From positions 73,106 through 137,105 of the forward strand of contig CAVQYC010000005.1 in assembly GCA_963717985.1 (NCBI GenBank): a stretch of 64,000 nucleotides of DNA. The letters run 5' to 3'. Of the stretch, positions 28,810-37,062 are shown piece by piece. Numbering within the stretch: position 1 is the stretch's first letter; each line of letters begins with the position of its first letter. The notes under the pieces were generated by a model that saw nothing but the letters and a program-made list of their open reading frames with translations, was not told the DNA's origin and did no database searches. Both the position numbers and the translations under genes were made by a program. This DNA is from an uncultured delta proteobacterium (GTDB taxonomy: Bacteria > Desulfobacterota > Syntrophorhabdia > Syntrophorhabdales > WCHB1-27).

Positions 28810-28994
28810 GGATAGTGCCCTGGATGATGATGCGGTCATAGCACGAGAGGACGCCTGCGATCTTTTCCTGATACCGTTCAGTGAGAAGCATGGGGGGGCT
28901 CCGGCAGCAACAGTATTTTCCCCCACTCTATCATGTTGACCCATCGGAACAAAACCTTTTTGGTTCCGGCTCGTCCGGGTTAGGATTACAGACC

Positions 28995-29128
28995 ATCGTT
29001 TGTTTTGCACAAAGGCGTCTCAGGACACCTGTCGTCCCTAAGTACTTCTTCAGCACTCCGTACAGTTCGATAACGATGGAACTAAGCCCTTTGCGTTATT
29101 GCTGTTCCACCGGCCGACGTGAGAACAT
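28995..29128 (+). repeat. intergenic repeat X (paralog of 41651-41784)
   Basis: Shares ATCGTTTGTTT, then after an equal 30-nt spacer a ~90-nt stretch about three-quarters identical by eye. Core is GAACTAAGCCCTTTGC.TTATTGC. Confidence 0.7.
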
Positions 29129-29317
29129 TACTCACGACCCAAAGCGTGGAAGGATGTATGACAGTAGAGACTCGGTTGAAGTTGCAACTATGGCCGAGAA
29201 CGAAGTCGGACAACTGAAGAGGCCCCAGGAATTGAGCAACCGATGCGGCGGCCGATTCAACTGAAGGCAGACGAGACTGTAGCATCAGAATCTATCTAAA
29301 AGAGGGAGGAACAGGAA

Positions 29318-30505
29318 ATGAGAAGGACAGCACCATTCTTTGTTCTGGCAGCCATTTGTGTGGCGATTTGCCTCGTAGCGCAGCAATCTGTTGCCGCGGA
29401 AACTCGGGTCCTGAAGGTAGGATGTATAGACTCGCTGACCGGTGTGATGTCTGCGGGCGAACAACCTACGTATGCCGGCGTGAAGTTGGCTGCGGCGTGG
29501 ATCAACGACAAAGGCGGGATCACGGTCAAGGGGGTCAAGTACAAGATCGAGCTTGTCAGTGAAGACGCCAAAAGTTCGCCTGAAGGCGCGATCGCGGCAT
29601 GTACAAAGCTCGTCGAAAAGGACAAGGTGAAGTTCATCCTCGGCGGGGTTATCACTCCAATTAACGTCGCGGCAAACTCCGTTACGGGGCCGGCAGGGGT
29701 GTTGCGCATCGGTGAATACACAATTATGGATCCGGAAGAAGCCGACCAGCTGACGTTCTATACCAATACCACGGCTCAAGGGATGAGGCCCATGTTGGCG
29801 TACCTGAAGGAGGCCTACCCTAAAGTGAAGACATTGGCCGCTTCGCAACCGGGCGACGGAGGGGATAAATTCAGGGGAAAAATTTTCGCGCAGATAGCTA
29901 ACGACCTTGGCTTTACGGTCTTAATAAACGTAGGCTGGCCATTAGATACGGTAGATTTTACCCCGTTTATTCAGAAGCTTATAGCCGTAAAGCCGGACGC
30001 CTTCCTCTTCACGGACGGATGGGTGGTGCATGCGGCAGCTCAAGTAAAGGTCCTGCGCGGTCTCGGTTACAAAGGCCCCATCATGTCCACCGATTCAGAG
30101 ATAGTCAGCGAGCTCCTGGCGATAACCGGTCCTCAACTGGGAGATGGTTATGCGTCCGCCGCATGGGACATGACGGACCCCCACATGAAGCCGGTTTTTA
30201 AGAAGGAATTCCTGCCCAGGGCGGTAAAGAGCGGTGACACGAACCCATGGCAGGCATGGGGGTGGAATACCCTCTGGATCCTCGCGCAGGGGATCGAGTC
30301 GGCCAATAGCCTGGATCCTGCGGTGGTGGCAAAACACCTGCGGACGATGAAACTCGTCGAAACCGTTTTTGGGCCCGCGCAAATCGGCGGCGGGAAAACG
30401 TTCGGGAATGGGGTCAACAGTATATTCTGCTCGCCTCAGGCAATATTCAGGGTAAAGAACGGCAAACCAGTGTTCGTAAAGTGGGTCTCGACCTGGGTGC
30501 CTTAA
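29318..30505 (+). CDS. ABC transporter substrate-binding protein (LivJ/branched-chain amino acid type fold)
   Basis: SD GAGGGAGG upstream. Signal peptide MRRTAPFFVLAAICVAICLVAQQSVAA. 395 aa, followed by LivHMGF-like genes. Confidence 0.8.
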   Translation: MRRTAPFFVLAAICVAICLVAQQSVAAETRVLKVGCIDSLTGVMSAGEQPTYAGVKLAAAWINDKGGITVKGVKYKIELVSEDAKSSPEGAIAACTKLVEKDKVKFILGGVITPINVAANSVTGPAGVLRIGEYTIMDPEEADQLTFYTNTTAQGMRPMLAYLKEAYPKVKTLAASQPGDGGDKFRGKIFAQIANDLGFTVLINVGWPLDTVDFTPFIQKLIAVKPDAFLFTDGWVVHAAAQVKVLRGLGYKGPIMSTDSEIVSELLAITGPQLGDGYASAAWDMTDPHMKPVFKKEFLPRAVKSGDTNPWQAWGWNTLWILAQGIESANSLDPAVVAKHLRTMKLVETVFGPAQIGGGKTFGNGVNSIFCSPQAIFRVKNGKPVFVKWVSTWVP

Positions 30506-30601
30506 GATAACGCGATAAAATTACGGGCCGGCAGGTGGAAGCTAAATCCTTTCGCCGGCCGGCCGGGCAACAGCCGCGAATGAACCCCGGAGGAGAGAAG
30601 C

Positions 30602-31462
30602 GTGGTGTCACAGGCGGCAGGGCACGCAATAAACGTGCTGATGATCTCGTCAATATATGTGTTGGTGGCGCTGGGGTTCGCCCTTGTTTTCAGTGTCATG
30701 CGGATAATGAATTTTGCTCACGGTGCCATCTATATGATCGGGGGCTTCATCTGCTACACTTTTTGGGTAACTCTGGGTCTCGGCCCATGGGCCGCCCTGC
30801 CGCTGACCATGCTCGTGACGGGCCTGTTCGGGCTTTTTGTAGAGAAATTCTGCTTCAGGCCCTTTCAGCGTGACTTCGAGAAAGCGACCCTCATGGCTAT
30901 CGCGCTAGTTATCGTCCTAAAGACCACCGCCGATCTTACCATCGGCCCTATCAGCAGAAGCATGCCGCCGTTGTTGTCCGGCAGCGTGAATATAGGTGGG
31001 GCCGTCCTTGGGGCCGACAGGCTGATGGTGCTCATTATCGCCGCCGCCCTGCTCACGGCACTTATGCTGCTCGTGCAAAAAACCATGATGGGCCGGGCCA
31101 TGCTCGCCATAGCCCACGATCCTGAAGCCGCTTCTTTGATGGGAATAAATACCCATCGTATTTCCGCTCTTGTCTGCGCGACGGGGTGCGGGTTGGCCGG
31201 TCTCGCCGGGGGACTTATCGGATCGGTGCTGGTCCTCCATGTGATAATAGCAGACACGATGCTGGTAAAGATCATCGAAGTCGTTATTTTAGCTGGAATA
31301 GGCAGCATTGGCGGAATTTGGGCAGGGGGGCTTGCCATGGGCGTGATCGACGGTCTCGGTCCGTATTTTCTGTCCAACGTGTTCTCTGATCCCCTCGGGC
31401 TTGCCCTCGTGATCGTCATCCTCGTGGTAAGGCCGCAGGGCTTTTACGGGCATGAAATGTAA
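30602..31462 (+). CDS. livH: branched-chain amino acid-type ABC permease
   Basis: GTG start with SD GGAGGAG. 286-aa polytopic protein with a LivH-like N-terminus (SSIYVLVALGFALVF). Confidence 0.8.
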   Translation: MVSQAAGHAINVLMISSIYVLVALGFALVFSVMRIMNFAHGAIYMIGGFICYTFWVTLGLGPWAALPLTMLVTGLFGLFVEKFCFRPFQRDFEKATLMAIALVIVLKTTADLTIGPISRSMPPLLSGSVNIGGAVLGADRLMVLIIAAALLTALMLLVQKTMMGRAMLAIAHDPEAASLMGINTHRISALVCATGCGLAGLAGGLIGSVLVLHVIIADTMLVKIIEVVILAGIGSIGGIWAGGLAMGVIDGLGPYFLSNVFSDPLGLALVIVILVVRPQGFYGHEM

Positions 31463-31479
31463 GTGAAAGTTGATCCGAC

Positions 31480-32448
31480 ATGAATCAGGAACGACAAGAA
31501 TATGGAAGGATTTTCGGCATCATCGCGATCGTCGTCTTGGTGTTCCTAGGTCCCCTTATCGTTTCAACTTACTATATCCATCTTGCCGTTCTGGTCTTTA
31601 TCTATATCATGGCTACCAGCAGCCTTCGGATCCTCTATATCTCCGGTCAGATCTCCCTGGGCCACGCCGGTTTCATGGCTATCGGCGCATATACGTCGGC
31701 CATGCTGGCAAAGCACCTCGGCTGGAGCCCCTGGTGTGCGATGCCTGCTGGTGCGATAGTGGCCATGGTGTGCGGCATTCTCATTGGTTTCCCATTTTCC
31801 CGCCTGAGAGTGATCTATTTTTCCATGGCCAGCCTGTTCTTCGGGATCATGATTATGAACATGGTGGGATTGGCGCCCGACGTCACCGGATCTTGGTCCG
31901 GTCTCGCCCGCATACCGCGCCTCTTCGGTCCCTCAAGAGTCCCCTATTATTACACTTTCCTTGTCTTGACCCTGATTACCCTTCTCGTGCTTTACCGCAT
32001 AGAACATTCCCGGCTCGGAATGACTTTGAAAAGTGTTGCCCAATCTCATCTTGCCGCTTCCAGCAGGGGTATTAATGAAGCGGGGATCAGGATACTCGCC
32101 TTAAGCATAGGAGCTTTCTTTGCCGGCCTGGCCGGAGGCGCCTACGCGCATTACGAGACCCTCATATCACCCGCCACATTCGGCGTCATGCCCAGCATAC
32201 TCCTCCTCGTCTATTTACTCGCCGGTGGAAAGGGGAGTTTTGCCGGGCCTATCCTGGGCACGGCCATACTATACCTCGTTCCCTACATTATGGGCGAGTT
32301 CAAAGGATACGCACCTTACTTTCAAGCGGGCGTCATAGTGGCGGTTATTTTCTTGGTACCGGAGGGCATGACCAGTCTCTTCAAGCAAATTGCGTCATGG
32401 GCAAGAGAACGTCAGAAACAACGCGGGACATCCAAATATGCTTCTTAA
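31480..32448 (+). CDS. livM: branched-chain amino acid-type ABC permease
   Basis: 322-aa polytopic protein, second permease of the set. Confidence 0.8.
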   Translation: MNQERQEYGRIFGIIAIVVLVFLGPLIVSTYYIHLAVLVFIYIMATSSLRILYISGQISLGHAGFMAIGAYTSAMLAKHLGWSPWCAMPAGAIVAMVCGILIGFPFSRLRVIYFSMASLFFGIMIMNMVGLAPDVTGSWSGLARIPRLFGPSRVPYYYTFLVLTLITLLVLYRIEHSRLGMTLKSVAQSHLAASSRGINEAGIRILALSIGAFFAGLAGGAYAHYETLISPATFGVMPSILLLVYLLAGGKGSFAGPILGTAILYLVPYIMGEFKGYAPYFQAGVIVAVIFLVPEGMTSLFKQIASWARERQKQRGTSKYAS

Positions 32449-33208
32449 GACAAGTAACCTCACCAAATATTTTGGAGGACTCGCGGCTGTTTCCGGTGTC
32501 GATATCTGTGTCGAGGAGGGTCAGATTGTCGGTCTGATCGGGCCGAACGGCGCCGGCAAGACGACGCTCATAAATCTGGTGAGCGGCTTCCTGCGGCCCA
32601 CGACTGGGAGCGTTTTTTTTGACGGAAGGGACGTTACCGGTAAAAAGCCGCACCTGCTCGCGCGGATGGGGATCGGACGCACCTTTCAAATTACCCCGAT
32701 TTTTGGGGAATTCACCACTTTCAAGAATATAGTTTCCTCCTTCTACCTTTCTGCAGACAGGAGTCTCGTGGGAAGCCTGTTCAACACACCCACATACCGG
32801 AAGAAGGAGGCATATATTGCCGATCTGGCCGAAGAGAGTTTGCGGCTTGTGGGACTGACGGGAGTGAAAGATGAGCTCGCCAGAAACCTGCCTCACGGCT
32901 ACCAAAAAGTGCTCGACCTTGCCATGGCTCTGGCCATCAAGCCGAAGCTCCTGTTACTCGACGAGCCCATGGGCGGTATGAGCCAGGACGAGATAGAGTT
33001 GGCCCTGAATGCAATCAGAAAAGTGCATTCTCAGGGGACCACCATCCTCCTTGTGGAACATAATGTATCGATAGTAATGGACCTTTGCGAGCATATCGTG
33101 GTTGTCGACTATGGGTGCAAGATTGCGGAAGGCTCTCCGGAGGAAGTGAAAAAGGACGAACAAGTGATCCGGGCCTACTTTGGTGGTGGTTATGCTGCTC
33201 AGGGTTGA
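32438..33208 (+). CDS. livG: ABC transporter ATP-binding protein
   Basis: Walker A GPNGAGKTT, signature LPHGYQK, Walker B LLLLDEP. ATG 32438 overlaps the livM end. Confidence 0.85.
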   Translation: MLLKTSNLTKYFGGLAAVSGVDICVEEGQIVGLIGPNGAGKTTLINLVSGFLRPTTGSVFFDGRDVTGKKPHLLARMGIGRTFQITPIFGEFTTFKNIVSSFYLSADRSLVGSLFNTPTYRKKEAYIADLAEESLRLVGLTGVKDELARNLPHGYQKVLDLAMALAIKPKLLLLDEPMGGMSQDEIELALNAIRKVHSQGTTILLVEHNVSIVMDLCEHIVVVDYGCKIAEGSPEEVKKDEQVIRAYFGGGYAAQG

Positions 33209-33899
33209 AGCGATTACCGTGCATTACGAAAAGGCGAAAGCGTTGGACGGCGTTTCTTTCCGCGTGGACGAAGGAAGCGTTGTCTCCGTCATAGGAAGCA
33301 ACGGAGCGGGGAAGAGCACGATTTTCAAGGCCCTTTCAGGGCTGAAGTCGCTCACCTCGGGGGAAATCTGGTTTCTGGACAAGAGGATAGACGGCATGGC
33401 TATCCATGATATCGTGAGGCTCGGCCTTATCCACCTTCCTGAGGGCCGAAGGCTGTTTTCAAATCTCACCGTCCTTTCAAATCTCAAGCTTGGCGCCTAC
33501 TTCCGGAACGACACAACCGGCGTCAGGAAAGACCTGGAAGAGGTTTTCACGCTATTCCCCAAGCTGAAGGGGAGACTCGGTCAAAAGGCCGGGACCATGA
33601 GCGGCGGTGAGCAGCAAATGCTCGCGATCGGCAGGGCGTTAATGGGTAGGCCAAAACTGCTGTTGATGGACGAACCGTCCTTGGGGCTCGCCCCTATACT
33701 CGTAGACGAATTGGCCCCCGTGATCAGGAAGATAAATAAGCTTGGTGTCGGCGTTATTCTGGTAGAGCAGAATGTTCCTCTCGCGTTCAAGGTGGCGGAT
33801 AGAGGGTACGTATTACAGGTCGGTAGAATTGTACAGGAAGGCACGTGCGATGAACTTAAGGGTAGCGAAACCGTGAGGAGAGCATACATGGGGGGGTAA
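33192..33899 (+). CDS. livF: ABC transporter ATP-binding protein
   Basis: Walker A GSNGAGKST, signature MSGGEQQML, Walker B LLLMDEPS. Confidence 0.85.
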   Translation: MLLRVEAITVHYEKAKALDGVSFRVDEGSVVSVIGSNGAGKSTIFKALSGLKSLTSGEIWFLDKRIDGMAIHDIVRLGLIHLPEGRRLFSNLTVLSNLKLGAYFRNDTTGVRKDLEEVFTLFPKLKGRLGQKAGTMSGGEQQMLAIGRALMGRPKLLLMDEPSLGLAPILVDELAPVIRKINKLGVGVILVEQNVPLAFKVADRGYVLQVGRIVQEGTCDELKGSETVRRAYMGG

Positions 33900-33991
33900 G
33901 GAACGTACAGGCCTTTGGCGCGAGGCGGGCCGGAGTGCGGAAATGGTGCACAAGAGGGCAAAGACGGAATCAACTAAATTGTGAGGTGGTC

Positions 33992-35098
33992 ATGAAGGCG
34001 TTGAACATTACCATTGACGGCGTTAAGGTGGGATCCCCTTCGGGTGCCACCATCCTAGAGGCAGCGGAAAAAGCAGGCATCGAGATTCCACGGCTCTGCC
34101 ACCAGGAAGGGATCAAGCCGTCGGGTAACTGTCGCGTCTGCGTTGTTGAGGTGGAGGGCTCACGTACGCTTGTCGGTTCGTGTCATACGCCCATAGTCGA
34201 GGGCATGGTCGTCCGCAGCCGCTCCCCTAGGGTTCTTGAAGCCAGGAAGACAACGATAGAGCTTCTCCTCACCGGTCACACGGGGACGTGCGTCACGGAT
34301 ACGGAGGCCCGGGAGTGCGCCCTGCACAAGCTCGCTTCCGATCTCGAGGTGGGTCCTCCCCGCCTCCACGTGAAGCGCCCCCGTCTCTATGCCGTAGAAG
34401 AGGGTCCTTACGTGCGGAGGGACATGTCGCGGTGCATCCTCTGCAGGAAGTGCATCCGCGCCTGTAAGGAGGTTGCCGGACAGAACATTTACAGCATGGC
34501 CTATAGAGGTTTCGACTCGAAAGTGGTGGTCGACTGCGACATCCCCCTCAATAAGGAGGTTTGTAAGGACTGCGGCGTCTGTATCAAGTACTGTCCCACG
34601 TCTGCTCTCATGTGGCCCGAAGGGGTGAAGAAGAGAGACGGCGCGACAAGGAAAAAGGCCACCGCGGCCATACCCGGCAACGGTCATTCCACGAGGCTCC
34701 TCGATCTGCTGAAAAACCGTCTTCGCACGGAAGGCTCTCTCTCTCGGGAGTCCTTCTCCGAGATCGCCCGTGATCTCGATCTCCCTTTGAGCGACGTCTA
34801 CGGTGTGGCGACCTTCTACTCCTTTCTTTCGACTAAGCCCCGGGGCAGACACGTGATCAGGGTCTGCAAAAGCCTTCCCTGTTATCTCAAGAATGGTCTG
34901 ATGATCATTGACGCAGTATCCAGGACGATAGGCATCGGGGTCGGTGGGACCACCGCGGACGGCAGGTTCTCCTTTGAGCTGACGAATTGCGTCGGGGCAT
35001 GCGACAAAGCCCCGGCCATGCTCGTCGACGATACAGTCTACGGGGACCTCACGCCGGATACAATCGTAGATGTTCTGAAGTCGTACGGAGGGAAGTAG
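33992..35098 (+). CDS. fusion protein: NuoG/HydA-type N-terminal [2Fe-2S] + 2x[4Fe-4S] module fused to a NuoE-type thioredoxin-like [2Fe-2S] domain
   Basis: SD GAGGTGG upstream. Motifs LCHQEGIKPSGNCRVCVVEV, CILCRKCIRAC, CKDCGVCIKYCP, then VCKSLPCYLKNG...NCVGACDKAP. Confidence 0.8.
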   Translation: MKALNITIDGVKVGSPSGATILEAAEKAGIEIPRLCHQEGIKPSGNCRVCVVEVEGSRTLVGSCHTPIVEGMVVRSRSPRVLEARKTTIELLLTGHTGTCVTDTEARECALHKLASDLEVGPPRLHVKRPRLYAVEEGPYVRRDMSRCILCRKCIRACKEVAGQNIYSMAYRGFDSKVVVDCDIPLNKEVCKDCGVCIKYCPTSALMWPEGVKKRDGATRKKATAAIPGNGHSTRLLDLLKNRLRTEGSLSRESFSEIARDLDLPLSDVYGVATFYSFLSTKPRGRHVIRVCKSLPCYLKNGLMIIDAVSRTIGIGVGGTTADGRFSFELTNCVGACDKAPAMLVDDTVYGDLTPDTIVDVLKSYGGK

Positions 35099-35100
35099 CC

Positions 35101-36309
35101 ATGACAGAGAGAATCGTCCTGCGATACAGCCACGCAATTGACCCGGACGATATTGCCGCATATGTCCGACGGGGTGGTTTCCATGCCTTCTCCAAAGCCC
35201 GGAAGATGGGCCGCGAGAAGGTCATCGCCGAGATTAAGGCATCAAATCTTAAAGGACGGGGAGGAGCGGGTTTCCGCTGCGGGATAAAATGGGAACTCGC
35301 GGGAAAACAGGCGAGCCATGAGAAATACCTCATCTGCAACGCCGATGAGGGCGAGGTGGGGACCTTTAAAGACCGATATATCATCGAGCACGACCCCTTT
35401 GCCTTGCTCGAAGGTATCGCCATCGCCGCGTACGCCGTAGGAGCGCATCACGCCTACCTATATCTCCGGGCAGAGTACCACTATCTTCTTGATAGACTCA
35501 AACGTGCAGTCGACCTGGCTGCTTCCAAAGGTCTTATCGACCTGTCCATTGAAATACGAGAAGGTGCGGGCGCCTATGTCTGCGGCGAGGAATCGGCGCT
35601 TATGAACTCTATCGAGGGCAAACGCGGAGAGGCCCGATTCCGTCCCCCGTTTCCCCCCACCAGCGGTCTCTTCGGCAAGCCCACCGTTATCAACAATGTA
35701 GAGACCCTGATGAATGTGGCGCCCATCATCGACAAAGGGGCCGCCTGGTTCTCTTCCATCGGCACCTCCTTCAGTACGGGCACGAAGGTCTTCTCCGTGA
35801 GCGGTGATGTGGCAAAACCCGGGGTTTATGAGTTCCCCATGGGTGTCCGCCTCTCCGAGCTCTTGACCCTCGCGGGTGCCTCCGATATTAAGATAGTCCA
35901 CATCGGCGGTGCCGGCGGCGGGGTTGTTCCCGTCTCCATGATAGAGACTCCCCTTTCTTACGAGACGGTCCTCGGGTCGGGTGCCATCACAGTGCTCGAT
36001 GCCACGAGAGACGTCATCGATTTCGTCTCGCGCACCCTCGATTTCTTGAACGGGGAGTCCTGCGGAGAGTGCACCCCGTGCAGGGAGGGTACGGAGGTGA
36101 TGGTGGAGATCCTAGGCAGGCTCGCTGAAGGCGATGGCGTCCCGGAAGACATTGAGCAACTGGAGCGGCTTTCCAGGGTCATGGTGGGCTCCTCCCTCTG
36201 TGGCCTCGGTCAGGCAGCCCCGGTCCCAGTCCTCGACACCCTCAAGTACTTCAGGAACGACTACGAGAACAGGATCAAACAGTCGGTGTTTTTGAGGACT
36301 TTGAGATGA
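35101..36309 (+). CDS. NuoF-like NADH-binding FMN/[4Fe-4S] flavoprotein
   Basis: ATG lies 3 nt after the upstream stop. Motifs GRGGAGF, NADEGEVGTFKDR, ESCGECTPCREG, SLCGLGQAAP. Confidence 0.85.
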   Translation: MTERIVLRYSHAIDPDDIAAYVRRGGFHAFSKARKMGREKVIAEIKASNLKGRGGAGFRCGIKWELAGKQASHEKYLICNADEGEVGTFKDRYIIEHDPFALLEGIAIAAYAVGAHHAYLYLRAEYHYLLDRLKRAVDLAASKGLIDLSIEIREGAGAYVCGEESALMNSIEGKRGEARFRPPFPPTSGLFGKPTVINNVETLMNVAPIIDKGAAWFSSIGTSFSTGTKVFSVSGDVAKPGVYEFPMGVRLSELLTLAGASDIKIVHIGGAGGGVVPVSMIETPLSYETVLGSGAITVLDATRDVIDFVSRTLDFLNGESCGECTPCREGTEVMVEILGRLAEGDGVPEDIEQLERLSRVMVGSSLCGLGQAAPVPVLDTLKYFRNDYENRIKQSVFLRTLR

Positions 36310-36399
36310 GAGGAAAGCGTTGTGTGCGCAAGGCTTCGCCCGTTTGCGCAGGCGGTAGGGGAGACGGGAGCCGAGAGCACGTGATCAAGGAGGAGCGAT

Positions 36400-36969
36400 A
36401 TGGAACCTGTTTGCCTTTGTCCTTACTGTAGAAAGCGCTTTGCCGACCATGAGTTACTCAAGGCCCACGTGGTTGAGGAGCACGGGTCCGCTCCTTTGCC
36501 CAAGCCCGACGGACACATTACGCTTACCGTCAATGGCCAGCGCTACGAGCAGAAGGTAGAGCCGGAATGGACGCTGCACTACCTGCTTCACGATAAGCTC
36601 GGTTTTACCGGCGCGAAACAGATGTGCGACCGCGGGGTCTGCGGCTCGTGTACGGTGATCATGGACTGTAAGGCGATACTTTCGTGTATGACCCTCGCCA
36701 TAGAATGCGACGGAAAACGAGTGGAAACGGTGGAGGGCATTGCCGCAGCCGATCACCCGCTCATCGAGGAATACGTAAAACACCATTGCATGCAGTGCGG
36801 TTATTGCACGCCGGGTTTTGTAGTGACGGCAAAGGCCTTGCTCGACAAAGACCCCGATCCTACGGAGGAAGAGATCAGAGAGGCCCTGGGAGGCAATCTT
36901 TGCCGGTGCGGAACGTATCCTCAGCATCCCAAGGCGGTGCTGGCGGCAGCCCGAAAGCTGGTCAAATAG
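36400..36969 (+). CDS. [2Fe-2S] small subunit of a xanthine-dehydrogenase/CO-dehydrogenase-family enzyme with a 37-aa N-terminal C2H2 zinc-finger extension
   Basis: SD AAGGAGG is 6 nt before ATG 36400. Motifs CDRGVCGSCTV, QCGYCTPG, CRCGTY. N-terminus reads CPYCRKRFADHELLKAHVVEEH. Confidence 0.85.
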   Translation: MEPVCLCPYCRKRFADHELLKAHVVEEHGSAPLPKPDGHITLTVNGQRYEQKVEPEWTLHYLLHDKLGFTGAKQMCDRGVCGSCTVIMDCKAILSCMTLAIECDGKRVETVEGIAAADHPLIEEYVKHHCMQCGYCTPGFVVTAKALLDKDPDPTEEEIREALGGNLCRCGTYPQHPKAVLAAARKLVK

Positions 36970-37062
36970 AAGGAGGATGACCGATAAACCGGAACCGGGG
37001 GCAACGCCTCATCGTGTCCAATAAAGCGGCCGTTGTCTCGGAAAAACCGGAGGAGGAAGGAA

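Larger units (their letters stand above)
27526..28891 (-). pseudogene. 75-codon ORF split by the IS (28891-28808 + 27669-27526)
   Basis: After deleting the IS and one TA, the frame MLLTERYQEKIAGVLSCYDRIIIQGTIL|GWSFDYGMASL... stays open to TAA at 27526-27528. Confidence 0.4.
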
